From Candidatus Segatella albertsiae (GTDB lineage: Bacteria; Bacteroidota; Bacteroidia; Bacteroidales; Bacteroidaceae), in contig DKCU01000123.1 of the NCBI GenBank assembly GCA_002451555.1, positions 7 to 64,006 of the forward strand: a DNA stretch of 64,000 nucleotides, given 5' to 3'. Under the pieces are notes generated by a model. It did not search any database, had not been told where the DNA came from, and saw nothing but the letters and a program-made list of their open reading frames with translations. Positions 9,796 to 21,083 of this stretch are shown here, piece after piece. Position 1 is the first letter of the stretch. Every line of letters starts with the position of its first letter. A program made the position numbers and the translations under genes.

Positions 9796-11226
9796 ATGAA
9801 AGAAGCTTACAGAGGAAGTGATCTCGTCAGATGGATGGTGATAGTCGCAGACTTTATCATCCTAAACATTGTACTTTTCATTGCAATCGACTGGGATAAA
9901 ATCTCAGTCCCTATTGTATTTTATCATGCAACCAAGCTATGCTATTTCGTAGCCAACGTTTCACTTTTCATTGGCGAATTACTCTTTTCATCCATTATTC
10001 ATATCCGACGCGTTAAAATCATGCAAGTCACAGGAAGGACTTTTAAATTGATTTTGACAACAATGATATGCTTCAATTTGACTATGGCATACCTGCTGAA
10101 AGGAGGATATGACTTAATCAAATTCAGTATTTTTTTTGCTACAGCCACATATATCTGCTTGATTTTCTCAAGAATCCTAGAACTGAACGTATTGAAATAT
10201 TTTCGTTCTAGGGGAAGAAACATCAAGACTGTACTATTCATCGGAAACGACCCTGCCGTATTAGAAATGTATAACACGCTGATGGAAGACTCTTCTGCTG
10301 GTTATCGAGTACATGGGTATTATGCAGACGAAAAGCTAACAGACGCTCCCAAGGAGCTAAAATGGTTGGGCAACCTGCATCGACTCAACGAAGTCATGAG
10401 CGAAAGCATCAACAATACTATTAATGGTATTCCAAGCAACATAGAGGAAGTCTTCTGTTGCTTGTCCCATGATTTGTCTAAGGAAATCGTGAGAGTCATG
10501 CAATTCTGCGATAAGAATGTTATACATTTTTATTATATTCCAAGGCAATTTGGAGAATACAGTTTACACCTAGACTCCCAACTATATCTAGGGAAGAGTG
10601 TTTTTACAAACCACCACGAACCTTTGGGAAAGCTTGGGAACAGAGCCATCAAACGAGGATTTGACATCATTGTGAGTTCGTTGGTTTGCATGTGCATATT
10701 ACCATTCTTGCCTATCATAGCACTTATCATCAAGATTCAAAGTCCGGGTCCTATATTTTTCAAACAAGCAAGAACGGGTCTCAATGGCGAGACGTTTCAA
10801 TGCATCAAATTCCGTTCCATGCACGTCAACAAAGATGCCGATACCATACAAGCCACAGAAAACGACCCTAGGAAATTTGCCTTTGGCAATTTCATGAGAA
10901 AGTCGAACATCGACGAGTTTCCACAATTTTTCAATGTTCTCAAAGGAGACATGAGTATTGTTGGACCACGTCCCCATATGTTACACCATACCGAAATCTA
11001 TGGTGCAATCATAGACAAATACATGGTGCGCCACTTTTCTAAGCCAGGAATAACAGGATGGGCACAGGTAACAGGCTACCGTGGCGAGACCAAGGAGCTG
11101 TGGCAAATGGAAGAAAGAATCAAAAGAGATATTTGGTATATTGAAAATTGGTCTTTTTGGTTGGATTTAAGAATCATATATCTAACAGCAAAAAGTATTA
11201 TCATCCACGACAAGAACGCATATTAA
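9796..11226 (+). CDS. wcaJ: Undecaprenyl-phosphate glucose phosphotransferase (WcaJ/CpsE family)
   Basis: N-terminal TMs; KFRSM, DEFPQF, GDMSIVGPRP, KPGITGWAQV motifs. Confidence 0.92.
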   Translation: MKEAYRGSDLVRWMVIVADFIILNIVLFIAIDWDKISVPIVFYHATKLCYFVANVSLFIGELLFSSIIHIRRVKIMQVTGRTFKLILTTMICFNLTMAYLLKGGYDLIKFSIFFATATYICLIFSRILELNVLKYFRSRGRNIKTVLFIGNDPAVLEMYNTLMEDSSAGYRVHGYYADEKLTDAPKELKWLGNLHRLNEVMSESINNTINGIPSNIEEVFCCLSHDLSKEIVRVMQFCDKNVIHFYYIPRQFGEYSLHLDSQLYLGKSVFTNHHEPLGKLGNRAIKRGFDIIVSSLVCMCILPFLPIIALIIKIQSPGPIFFKQARTGLNGETFQCIKFRSMHVNKDADTIQATENDPRKFAFGNFMRKSNIDEFPQFFNVLKGDMSIVGPRPHMLHHTEIYGAIIDKYMVRHFSKPGITGWAQVTGYRGETKELWQMEERIKRDIWYIENWSFWLDLRIIYLTAKSIIIHDKNAY

Positions 11227-11268
11227 CAAAAACATAAACAAAGAAAAATCATTAAGAACCATAAAAAA

Positions 11269-12147
11269 ATGAAAGGTATTGTATTAGCCGGTGGTTCAGG
11301 GACCCGCCTCTACCCTATCACCAAAGGAATCAGCAAACAGTTGATACCTATTTTCGACAAACCGATGATTTACTATCCAGTTTCTGTCTTAATGCTGGCT
11401 GGTATCAAGGAGATACTTATCATCTCCACACCATACGACTTACCAGGATTCAAAAGACTACTGGGAGACGGAAGTGACATCGGAGTACATTTCGAATATG
11501 CAGAGCAACCATCCCCAGATGGTTTGGCACAAGCGTTTATCATTGGCGAGGATTTCATCGGCAATGACAGCGTATGCTTGGTTTTAGGAGACAACATATT
11601 TTATGGAGCTGGATTCACGGGACTTCTCAAGGAAAGCGTGCTAGCTGCTGACAAAGGACAAGCCAGTGTCTTCGGATACTATGTCAATGACCCCGAAAGA
11701 TATGGAGTAGCTGAATTTGACAAAGATGGCAATTGCCTCAGCATAGAAGAAAAGCCACAGCAACCCAAAAGCAATTATGCCGTTATCGGGCTCTACTTTT
11801 ACCCAAACAACGTAGTGGAGATTGCCAAGAATATCAAACCTAGTGCTCGAGGAGAACTGGAGATAACCACTGTGAACCAAGAATACCTCAAACAAAAGTC
11901 ATTGAAGGTTAGGACTCTTCAAAGAGGATTTGCTTGGTTGGACACAGGCACACACGACAGTCTTTCAGAAGCAAGCACTTTCATTGAGGTCATAGAAAAA
12001 AGACAAGGTCTAAAAATAGCCTGTTTGGAAGAAATTGCGTACAAACAAGGTTGGATAAACGCTGAGCAACTCAAAGAACTTGCCAAACCAATGCTTAAAA
12101 ATGGGTATGGTCAATACTTGATGGACTTAGCGACACAGCAACATTAG
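11269..12147 (+). CDS. rfbA: Glucose-1-phosphate thymidylyltransferase
   Basis: [31 protein letters not shown]. Confidence 0.97.
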   Translation: MKGIVLAGGSGTRLYPITKGISKQLIPIFDKPMIYYPVSVLMLAGIKEILIISTPYDLPGFKRLLGDGSDIGVHFEYAEQPSPDGLAQAFIIGEDFIGNDSVCLVLGDNIFYGAGFTGLLKESVLAADKGQASVFGYYVNDPERYGVAEFDKDGNCLSIEEKPQQPKSNYAVIGLYFYPNNVVEIAKNIKPSARGELEITTVNQEYLKQKSLKVRTLQRGFAWLDTGTHDSLSEASTFIEVIEKRQGLKIACLEEIAYKQGWINAEQLKELAKPMLKNGYGQYLMDLATQQH

Positions 12148-12238
12148 AACAAAATGAAAGAGAAAAAAACTCGTTCATCATCAAAATAAAATGTTCAAGG
12201 TGTATATCAAGAATAAAAACATCAAATCATATTAAATA

Positions 12239-14764
12239 ATGGAAGAAAACAAAAACTTAGAATTAGAGAGTATCCAGGAAAGCGAGGAGAAGTCAAGTTT
12301 TGATTTCGCCACGATTTACACCACCCTTATTCTCAATTGGAAATGGTTTGTCCTTTCCCTTATCATATGTTTAGGTGCAGCACATATATATTTGCGTTAC
12401 GCTACGCCAATATACCAATCTGCCGCCAAACTTCTGATAAAGAGTGAGGACTCTGGTGGTCGCAGAGGTGGAAACTCCATACAAAGTGCAACCAACTTGG
12501 GTATCATATCAAACTCAAATGGCATTGACAATGAGATGGAGATATTGAAGTCTAGGACTCTTGCACAGCAAGCTGTCTTTGACCTAAAACTGTACGTAAC
12601 CTACCTCCACGAAGGTAAATTGAAAGACCATATCCTCTATAAGGATCAGGAAATAAACATTGACATGGACGCAGAGCATCTGAAAAAGTTGAATGCTCCT
12701 ATGCACTTCAAGATAACTCGTGAAGGACAAAGCTATCATGTTACAGGTTCTTACTACGTACCTATCGACGACAACTCTTTCAATCCTGGAGCTGTTAATA
12801 TCGACAAGACCTTCTCTTCTCTCCCAGCTTCCATTGGGACACGAGTAGGTGTCGTCAGATTCACACAAAACGGGAACTACATGCTAAGAGACGGAGAAAC
12901 ACTGAAAGCTAGTATGATAGCTCCAGAAATTGCAGCAGGAAAATATGTTGGAAGCCTAGGAGTAAGCCAGACTTCAAAGACTACCACTATCGTAGATTTG
13001 ATTCTGAACGACGAAATTCCTCAAAGAGCCATCGATTACCTTAAGCAGCTTGCCATTGTATATAACAGACAAGCCAACGAGGACAAGAACGAGATTGCTG
13101 TGCGCACAGAGCAATTCATCAACCAACGTTTGGAGAAAATCAACGCAGAACTTGGCAACACAGAAGGACAACTTGAGAATTACAAGAAACGCAACAACAT
13201 GGTAGAGTTGAAAATGAACGCAAGCCAAGCTGTTGCCAACGCTGACCAATATGCCCAAAAGTTGAACGAAGCAAACACGCAAGTTGCCTTGTTGGATGAG
13301 TTGACCAAGTACATGAACGAGCCAAGCAACCGTCACCAGCCTATACCTTCCAATGTAGGTCTTACAGACGCGAGTGCCACATCGCTCATCAACGAATATA
13401 ACCGCATTGCATTGCAACGTAACCAATTGCTCCACAGTGCCAGTGAGACATCACCAACCGTCACCCCTCTAACCGCACAATTGGACGACTTGACATCTTC
13501 CATCAAACGTGCCATGATACAAGCACGTTCTGGATTGGACATTCAACGCAACAGCATTGCATCACAAGCAGGAAAATATCAAGGACAAATTGGTAATACG
13601 CCAGAACAGGAAAGAATATTGACACAAATTGGTCGCCAACAGGAAGTAAAGTCAGGCTTGTACTTGATGCTGCTTCAAAAACGAGAGGAAAACTCTATCT
13701 CCTTGGCTGCAACAGCCGACAAAGGTAAACTGATAGACAATCCTGTATTCGCCGGAAAGGTAACACCAAAGAACTCCATGATTATGCTTGTCGCCTTAAT
13801 CATCGGCTTAGCTTTGCCAGCTGGCATCCTCTTCTTGTTGGAATTCTTCCGCTACAAAATCGAAGGACATAATGATGTCGTCAAACTGACCAAGCTGCCT
13901 ATCATTGCAGATGTAGCCATCGCAAGTGATAGAGCCAAGAGCAAGGCAGACATCGTTGTACATGAGAACAAGAACAACTTAATGGAAGAGATTTTCCGTA
14001 GCTTGCGTACCAATCTGCAGTTCTTGCTCAAGGAGCATGACAAGGTTATCATGTTCACCTCCACAACCTCGGGAGAAGGAAAGACATTCATCGCCTCTAA
14101 TGTGGCCATTAGTTTTGCCTTGCTTGGTAAGAAAGTAATACTCGTAGGTCTTGACATTCGTAAACCAAGATTGGCAGAATTGTTTGAGATTGACGACCAT
14201 CAGCATGGCATTACCAACCTGCTCATCAAGGACAAAGTGGAATGGAATGATGTTCAAGGACAAATTCTAGCATCAGGTATCAATACAAACTTAGACATTT
14301 TAATGGCCGGACCTGTTCCTCCAAACCCAGGAGAACTTGTAACTAGAACTAGCCTTGAAGATACCATTAATGAATTGAAGAAGCATTACGACTACATATT
14401 GCTTGACACAGCACCAGTCGGACTTGTCACAGACACTTTGGCGTTAGGCCGAGTAGCTAATTCTACAGTATATGTATGTAGAGCAGATTTCACCGCTAAG
14501 TCTAGCTTCGGTTTAATCAACAGCTTGAGCTACGAAAAGAAATTGCCAAACATGAGCATTGTCCTAAATGGTGTTGACCTTTCCAAAAAGAAGTATGGCT
14601 ACTATTATGGCTATGGCAAGTATGGCAAGTATGGCAAATACGGTAACTACGGAAATGGCAAATATGGATACAGCAGCTACGGATCTTATGGTACATACGG
14701 TAGCTATGGCAACTATAGCAATAGCCATTATGGAGATGCAAATGATGACAGCGTAAAAAAATAA
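12239..14764 (+). CDS. wzc: Polysaccharide co-polymerase / BY tyrosine kinase
   Basis: Two TMs, Walker A SGEGKT, Walker A' LDIRKP, Walker B ILLDTAP, C-terminal Tyr cluster. Confidence 0.93.
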   Translation: MEENKNLELESIQESEEKSSFDFATIYTTLILNWKWFVLSLIICLGAAHIYLRYATPIYQSAAKLLIKSEDSGGRRGGNSIQSATNLGIISNSNGIDNEMEILKSRTLAQQAVFDLKLYVTYLHEGKLKDHILYKDQEINIDMDAEHLKKLNAPMHFKITREGQSYHVTGSYYVPIDDNSFNPGAVNIDKTFSSLPASIGTRVGVVRFTQNGNYMLRDGETLKASMIAPEIAAGKYVGSLGVSQTSKTTTIVDLILNDEIPQRAIDYLKQLAIVYNRQANEDKNEIAVRTEQFINQRLEKINAELGNTEGQLENYKKRNNMVELKMNASQAVANADQYAQKLNEANTQVALLDELTKYMNEPSNRHQPIPSNVGLTDASATSLINEYNRIALQRNQLLHSASETSPTVTPLTAQLDDLTSSIKRAMIQARSGLDIQRNSIASQAGKYQGQIGNTPEQERILTQIGRQQEVKSGLYLMLLQKREENSISLAATADKGKLIDNPVFAGKVTPKNSMIMLVALIIGLALPAGILFLLEFFRYKIEGHNDVVKLTKLPIIADVAIASDRAKSKADIVVHENKNNLMEEIFRSLRTNLQFLLKEHDKVIMFTSTTSGEGKTFIASNVAISFALLGKKVILVGLDIRKPRLAELFEIDDHQHGITNLLIKDKVEWNDVQGQILASGINTNLDILMAGPVPPNPGELVTRTSLEDTINELKKHYDYILLDTAPVGLVTDTLALGRVANSTVYVCRADFTAKSSFGLINSLSYEKKLPNMSIVLNGVDLSKKKYGYYYGYGKYGKYGKYGNYGNGKYGYSSYGSYGTYGSYGNYSNSHYGDANDDSVKK

Positions 14765-14770
14765 AGAAAA

Positions 14771-15202
14771 ATGGCAACAATTGCAGTAGATTTCGATGGC
14801 ACAATAGTTGCTCATGAGTATCCAAAGATAGGAACTGAGATACCCTTTGCTATCGAGACATTGAAAATGCTCATCAAAGATCACCACCGTCTCATCCTAT
14901 GGAGTGTCCGTGAAGGACATCTCCTTCAGGAGGCGGTCGATTGGTGCAAAGAAAGAGGCGTAGAGTTTTGGGCTGTCAACAAAGACTATCCTGAAGAAAG
15001 TCTTGAAAACAACAACCACTTCTCACGCAAGCTCAAGGCTGACTATTTCATTGATGACCGCAATATTGGAGGTCTTCCTGATTGGGGGCAAATATATCAA
15101 ATAATAAGCCAAGGAAAGAGCTACAGAACGATTATCAAAGAAAGCTTAGGTGCTTCAAGCCTAGAGCCACAAAAGAAGAAACACTGGTGGAACAGAAGCT
15201 AA
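14771..15202 (+). CDS. Small HAD-superfamily phosphatase (BT0820-like)
   Basis: IAVDFDGTI (DxD) motif I and FIDDRN motif IV. Confidence 0.8.
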   Translation: MATIAVDFDGTIVAHEYPKIGTEIPFAIETLKMLIKDHHRLILWSVREGHLLQEAVDWCKERGVEFWAVNKDYPEESLENNNHFSRKLKADYFIDDRNIGGLPDWGQIYQIISQGKSYRTIIKESLGASSLEPQKKKHWWNRS

Positions 15203-15224
15203 AGAAGCAAAATAAGAAGCAAAC

Positions 15225-15260
15225 AAAAAAAGCGTGACTCCCAAAAGGAGTCACGCTTTT
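15225..15260. terminator. Bidirectional intrinsic terminator
   Basis: aaaagcgtgactcc / ggagtcacgctttt between convergent genes. Confidence 0.9.
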
Positions 15261-15304
15261 ATATTCATGTTAAATTTAAAATCTATTGTTCGAAATATCT
15301 AGAA

Positions 15305-17455
15305 TTAGAAGAAGAGATAACGATTATCAACAACCTTTGCATTCAAGTAAAGTTCATTCATAAAGTTACCCGCATACTGCATCGCTTTCTGACGGCACTT
15401 CTGCTCCTGAGCCTTATCATCAAACTTTACAGGACGATTAGACTTGTTTACAACTTGGAACAAATAAACACCTGCATTACCCTTAACTGCATGTGCAGAG
15501 AAGGCTCCCTTGTTGGTAGCAGAAACAGCACCAGAAAGAGCTGGTTCACTAGCACCAGTAGCAGCAACAAAGACAGGAGCTGCAAAAGTAATCTGGTTTA
15601 CATCAGAAACCTTTGCTCCCTTAGCCTTAGCTGCAGCAATACTCTTCACCCCATTGAGCTTTGCCTCAATCATCTCTGCCTTCTTGTCCTTTACTACCTC
15701 TGCTTTCACCATCTCCTTTACCTGAGGATCATCCAAGCCACGGAAGCCAATACGATGAATCTTATCAAGAACAACAACCAACAAGTGGTCATTGTCACCA
15801 CATTCATACAAAGGAGAAACAGCACCTTCCTTCGCATCAAACAGCCACTTCAAAGCTTCACGAGTAGCGTGGATATTGGCAACATAATGTGTGGAAGTCG
15901 TAACGTCCTTCAAATCCTGTACACGATAACCGCTCTTAGCTGCGTTTTTGACAATGTCATCAGCTGTCTGATTGGCACTAACAAAGCTAGAGAACTTATT
16001 ATAAGCAGTACGATAAGTACCCTGAGAGAACTCTATAGACTTCTTAATAACTGCAGCAGTGTATTTTTCTACCATTGCCTTACGGTCGCAAACCTGAAGC
16101 ACCACATATCCTTGACCCAGCTGAAGTTCTGTAATTGCATTGACAGCTTGAGTATTCAAAGCATTGATGAAAGCCTTATTATCCTTGTCCATGCTCTGAG
16201 CGAATTCATACTGACGAGTGGTCATCCATGCCTTTTCACCAGTCTGACCATATTTCTTGGCAATAGCTTCGAAATCGGCACCACCAGCGATAGCACCCTG
16301 GATAGAATCAGCTTTAGTCTTAGCTTCAGCAACAGAAGCAGCTGCTACCTGAATCACACGATACTGAACAGAATCTGGCAACTGTTGTTTGTTAACCAAC
16401 TTCACAATGTTCAAAGTATTATCAGCCGCATTAGCTTTCACAGCGGTTGTTGCACCCACAGCCATTGAATCCAATTGAGAAGCAATATCAGATGGAAAAG
16501 CATCCTTACCTACAGGAATACCGAGATAAGAAACGGTAGAAGAAGACTTACGAACAACTTCAGTAGGATCCTCCGCAGAAGCCAACTGTGAGTGAAGATT
16601 AGCAAACTCCTTATTGAGTGCTGCACGATCTGCCTGAGAAGCTTCCACCTTAACATCAACGAACTTAATATCACGACTCTCTACAGGCTGTTTAAAACGA
16701 GCTTTCATCTCATCATATTTTGCCTTCAAGTCACTTTCCTCAACCTTTACCTTATCGTCCTGAATATCAGAATAAGGGAAGGCTGCCAACTGAATCTTGC
16801 TCTCCTCATTTTCCTCCTTGAAAGCCATCTTAGCCTCAACAGGATTTGAAAGGAAGCAATGAGCAAGCAAAGACTGATACTTCTGTGCCAAAGTTTGCTG
16901 GCGAAGTGTCTTCTCGATGAAAGACCAATAATTATAAATCTTAGTATATTGCTCCATCATTTGAGCATTGGCAGAAGGGTTAGCCTTCTGAGCTTTATAA
17001 TCTGCCAAAAACTTCTGTAAAGAAGCGACATCAAAACGACCTGTTTGCTGATTGACAAAAGGTGTTTGTGATAGCATTGGGTTGGTGCCCGTCTTCAAAA
17101 TATCCTGAAGTTCTGCATCAGTTACAGTAAGTCCCAACTTTTCTGCTTCGCTAGCGACAATCTTGTTTTGAACGAAAGTATTCCAAACCATATCCTTGAC
17201 TTGGTTCATTTGTTCTTCAGGGAGATTGTCTTGTCCCTGCTGCATTTTAATCACTTCGGTGTATTCATCAACGAGCTTTTGGAAATCTTGCACGCTGATT
17301 TTCTCACCTAAGACCTCACCGACTTGCTGTCGCTCATTATTCTTTGCAGAATCACAAGAGCGGAAAGCTTCCTCGGCAATGAATGCGAAAAGGCCAAAAC
17401 TGATAATACATACCAGAATGACACCTCTTTTTCGAATTGTTCCTAATGCTGCCAT
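15305..17455 (-). CDS. ppiD: PpiD-like periplasmic chaperone / peptidyl-prolyl isomerase with SurA N-terminal domain
   Basis: N-terminal anchor, rotamase motif GADFEAIAKKYG, C-terminal DNRYLFF. Confidence 0.85.
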   Translation of the reverse strand: MAALGTIRKRGVILVCIISFGLFAFIAEEAFRSCDSAKNNERQQVGEVLGEKISVQDFQKLVDEYTEVIKMQQGQDNLPEEQMNQVKDMVWNTFVQNKIVASEAEKLGLTVTDAELQDILKTGTNPMLSQTPFVNQQTGRFDVASLQKFLADYKAQKANPSANAQMMEQYTKIYNYWSFIEKTLRQQTLAQKYQSLLAHCFLSNPVEAKMAFKEENEESKIQLAAFPYSDIQDDKVKVEESDLKAKYDEMKARFKQPVESRDIKFVDVKVEASQADRAALNKEFANLHSQLASAEDPTEVVRKSSSTVSYLGIPVGKDAFPSDIASQLDSMAVGATTAVKANAADNTLNIVKLVNKQQLPDSVQYRVIQVAAASVAEAKTKADSIQGAIAGGADFEAIAKKYGQTGEKAWMTTRQYEFAQSMDKDNKAFINALNTQAVNAITELQLGQGYVVLQVCDRKAMVEKYTAAVIKKSIEFSQGTYRTAYNKFSSFVSANQTADDIVKNAAKSGYRVQDLKDVTTSTHYVANIHATREALKWLFDAKEGAVSPLYECGDNDHLLVVVLDKIHRIGFRGLDDPQVKEMVKAEVVKDKKAEMIEAKLNGVKSIAAAKAKGAKVSDVNQITFAAPVFVAATGASEPALSGAVSATNKGAFSAHAVKGNAGVYLFQVVNKSNRPVKFDDKAQEQKCRQKAMQYAGNFMNELYLNAKVVDNRYLFF

Positions 17456-17719
17456 TACTTTAATTTTAATTTTTATTTTTGTTTTATATTTTCTACTTAA
17501 CTAAAGCCAAAAGTCATATATATATGACCATAAAATATGCTTAAGGTAGCCAATTGACTGCAAAAATACAAAGAAAATCGCAAATAAGGGAATTTTTTGC
17601 AACCTTTTTTACCTTAAGTTGCTAAAAAAGAGATTTATGCAAGAAAAAAGCACTTATAAATGATTATAAGTGCTTAATTATATGAATCTTGTATATATTT
17701 TTAACAAATACATAACATA

Positions 17720-18982
17720 TTACTTGAGTAAATGGAGATGAACCAATTCTATTTTGCGAGAGGTCGATTTGATGATCTTAAATTCAAACTTGTTTATGCG
17801 AATAACTTCATTCAACTTCGGAAAACTCTGATATTCATGAAGAATCAAACCTCCTATAGTCATATATTCATCACTCTCTGGCAAATCAAGGTCAAACATC
17901 TCATTCACCTTGTCTATCTCCAAACGAGCAGATAAGACATAGTCGCCATCTGCATTTTGCAAAGCCACGTATTTAGTTGAGTCGTGTTCGTCTTCTATGT
18001 CACCGAATATTTCCTCCACTATATCTTCCAAACTGACCAACCCACTTGTTCCTCCAAACTCATCCACCACAATACCCAAAGTTTTCTTTTGCTGTAAAAA
18101 AGTTTGCATCAACTTTTGAGCTTGCATAGTTTCTGGCACAAAAGGCATTGTACGAATGCATTCTTGCCATTTGGGTGGATTGCGAAATAACTCGGAACTA
18201 TGAATGTATCCCTCTATATGATCAATATCACCTTTATAAACGATAACCTTGGAATTGCCGCTTTCAATAAATTTCTGACGAAGTTCTTCTAAAGAAGCAT
18301 CCACATCAACCGCTTGTATCTCCGTACGCGGCACCATACAATCCCTTACTTTTGTATCAGAAAAATCCAAAGCGTTCTGAAAGATCTTCACCTCGTCATT
18401 GATTTCAGAATCCTTGTCAGCATTTTCGATACTCGACTGCACCAAATAATCCAAGTCTATTTTAGAGAAGCCCTCATCACCTGACTCATTGTCCATTTTC
18501 AGTCCCAACAAGCGTAGCAAGCACTTACTCAAGAATGTACTAAACTTACTGATAGGCCACAATAAGATATAACAAACATAGGCTAACGGGCTGAAAAAAG
18601 CCAACAGCCTATTAGGGCTTGCCTTGAAAAGGGTCTTTGGCAAAAACTCACCCGTAAAGAGCACTATCAATGTAGAAAGTATTGTATCGGCTGGTACTGT
18701 GAAAGCAGCATCCATGCCAACAAAAATTGTATTGTCAAACAATCTTGCAATCAAGATTCCATAAATGACCAAAGCGATATTATTGCCAACCAACATGGTA
18801 CTGACAAAACCATTAGGATGAGCATAGAACAAAGCCAGAAAGCGTTGAGAAATGCCATTTTTCTCCTTGTCCATCTCAGCCAACATACGATTAGAAGACA
18901 CAAAAGCAATCTCCATTCCGCTAAAGAATGCAGAGAAGACCATTGTCACCAAAATACCGACTATAAGACTTACACTTATCAT
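17720..18982 (-). CDS. Hemolysin/CNNM family protein (DUF21-CBS-CorC)
   Basis: FFSGMEIAF, GEFLPK, VVDEFGGTSG, EEIFGDIEDEHD. Confidence 0.92.
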   Translation of the reverse strand: MISVSLIVGILVTMVFSAFFSGMEIAFVSSNRMLAEMDKEKNGISQRFLALFYAHPNGFVSTMLVGNNIALVIYGILIARLFDNTIFVGMDAAFTVPADTILSTLIVLFTGEFLPKTLFKASPNRLLAFFSPLAYVCYILLWPISKFSTFLSKCLLRLLGLKMDNESGDEGFSKIDLDYLVQSSIENADKDSEINDEVKIFQNALDFSDTKVRDCMVPRTEIQAVDVDASLEELRQKFIESGNSKVIVYKGDIDHIEGYIHSSELFRNPPKWQECIRTMPFVPETMQAQKLMQTFLQQKKTLGIVVDEFGGTSGLVSLEDIVEEIFGDIEDEHDSTKYVALQNADGDYVLSARLEIDKVNEMFDLDLPESDEYMTIGGLILHEYQSFPKLNEVIRINKFEFKIIKSTSRKIELVHLHLLK

Positions 18983-18993
18983 TTTCTTATCAA

Positions 18994-19656
18994 TTAATGC
19001 ATGAGAGGAATGCTGTTGTTTGTCGCACTCCTTGGCACAGCCTGAGGACGAACGGCTTGTTTCACAGAATCGGGTTGAGAACTCAACGTATCATTCTGCG
19101 TACCAGCCACATCACCTCGTTCGAAACTACCCTTGGTATTACTAACGAAATACCGAGTCATCTTCTCATCACTCCAGAAATGAGAACCTTGCAAGGTACG
19201 CTCAGGTGTGACAAGCTTACTAAAAACATTACTAGACAACTCATGTTTGTTCTGATCCCATGTCAATTGTTCACTGGAAAAACGTAGCCCATCCTTTGTC
19301 AAGATGCGCACTCTTCCATAAAGTTTCCAAATCTTTTGCTGGTCAAAATAGTAAGCCGTATCACTTTGGATATAGCTGTTGACATGAAATTTCTCATCAA
19401 ATTGCTCCAGCAAGATTCCCTTGTCGAAAGTCCAGCGTGAAGGATTTTTGTTTGTATTAACCTCCCATCGTTCTGTGACTATGCGATATTTCATCACACC
19501 AGAATCACTGATAAGCGTATTGACACCATAAGATGTCATCATGGCTACAGAGTCCCTCGCCAAGATGGCAGGTGCAGTATGCTCCACTTGCTCCTGACAA
19601 GAAATCAAGCACAAGAACATCAAGAATCCGAAAAATACGCTTCTAGCTCTATACAT
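18994..19656 (-). CDS. lptC: LPS export protein LptC
   Basis: Lipobox LISC; LISDSG...YRI and SEQLTWDQ beta-jellyroll pattern. Confidence 0.8.
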   Translation of the reverse strand: MYRARSVFFGFLMFLCLISCQEQVEHTAPAILARDSVAMMTSYGVNTLISDSGVMKYRIVTERWEVNTNKNPSRWTFDKGILLEQFDEKFHVNSYIQSDTAYYFDQQKIWKLYGRVRILTKDGLRFSSEQLTWDQNKHELSSNVFSKLVTPERTLQGSHFWSDEKMTRYFVSNTKGSFERGDVAGTQNDTLSSQPDSVKQAVRPQAVPRSATNNSIPLMH

Positions 19657-19701
19657 TATTATATATATAAGAATTACAAGTACGTTGACGAAAACATACC
19701 A

Positions 19702-20985
19702 TTACTTCATTCTCCACTTTCTGAACCACTCCTCATTGAATGTGAACCCAATATTCAAGCGGAAAGTATTCTCCTTGATCAAGTCTTTAGCTGAGCTCTT
19801 CACCCACTGTCCACTGATATTGAGGAAAGAACGACGATTGTAACCATTCATGATAGGAATTCCAAATCCTGCGCTCACGGAAAGTTCCTTAGGACCATCG
19901 TGACCATTTACCTTGAAATAAGGTGTTGCATAACTTACACCTGCACGATACCTCACACGATTGAAGAAGTGGCGGTTGTATTCGCCATAGCAATACTGTA
20001 GGCCTAGGTTGAACTTAGAGCGGTCTGAATAAAGCCCCTTCTGCAAACGATAGGTTGTACCATCAAAGTCAGGATATTCCAAGTCACCCCACTTTTGGAG
20101 CGTATAATCGAGCCCAACTTTCCACTGGTCGGCATGGTTCCACATCAAACCAGCACCATACACATGAGGCAACTTCAATGCTTTACCTACAGAGAAAGAC
20201 GCTGTGTCCGAAGCGTTCGTTTGCGAATTATTGGATATAATATTCATATCCGCAGTGGCTCCCAAAGAATGACCAGGCGAGAAAGTCACACCAACCGTAA
20301 CCCAATCTTTCTTGGCAATCTTAGCCGTATATTGAACACCTAAATCTATCTTATAACTATTGACCTGTGCAGAATAAGTACGAGTCAAGGTATTATAGTT
20401 GGAGTTGCTATAAACATTAGCGACATATTTATTATAGTCACCCCAAACATAAGAAAAATTAGCACCAAACGAGAAGCCCTTGAATGGCATCCAACCTGCA
20501 CCTAAGTATGCCTGATGAATTCCGCCTTCACCATTATATGTATTAGTGTAAGTAGCATCATCGAAGTTATTTCCTACTTTGCCTGTAGAAGTATAATTAT
20601 ACCCTATATTCGTAAAAGGTATCACACCAAAGCTCACACCGAGGTGCTTTGCTGCACGAAATCCTGCAACGACATATTCGAAGTTAGCGTTCTTGGCATT
20701 TTTCTTAACCCCATTCTCCTCAAAGTTGGTAATTTGCCCAGAAATACCAGCATCCAAGATGAAAGACAAGGAATCTATCGAGGCATACGAAGCAGGGTTG
20801 AGATAATTGACCTGGTTATGCTCATGAAAACCAAGTCCAACGCCATTCATACCACGATTAAAGCCAGAAGTTTGGTCTGACAACACACCTAATCCAAACT
20901 GGCTATATGGAGAATTTGTGCCACTTTGGGCATTAACAGAAAGAGTCGTACCCACCAACAGGGTTGCTAAAATAAGCTTTCTCAT
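19702..20985 (-). CDS. Outer-membrane beta-barrel protein (FadL-like)
   Basis: Signal peptide, NSPYSQFGLG, NYLNPAS plug motif, C-terminal FTFNEEWF. Confidence 0.75.
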   Translation of the reverse strand: MRKLILATLLVGTTLSVNAQSGTNSPYSQFGLGVLSDQTSGFNRGMNGVGLGFHEHNQVNYLNPASYASIDSLSFILDAGISGQITNFEENGVKKNAKNANFEYVVAGFRAAKHLGVSFGVIPFTNIGYNYTSTGKVGNNFDDATYTNTYNGEGGIHQAYLGAGWMPFKGFSFGANFSYVWGDYNKYVANVYSNSNYNTLTRTYSAQVNSYKIDLGVQYTAKIAKKDWVTVGVTFSPGHSLGATADMNIISNNSQTNASDTASFSVGKALKLPHVYGAGLMWNHADQWKVGLDYTLQKWGDLEYPDFDGTTYRLQKGLYSDRSKFNLGLQYCYGEYNRHFFNRVRYRAGVSYATPYFKVNGHDGPKELSVSAGFGIPIMNGYNRRSFLNISGQWVKSSAKDLIKENTFRLNIGFTFNEEWFRKWRMK

Positions 20986-21083
20986 TGATAATTATCATTC
21001 AAATTTATATTCAGAGTGCAAAAGTATTGAAAAAAAACGAGAAAAAAGAATGATAATCCAAAATAATAAGGTATTTTTGCATC

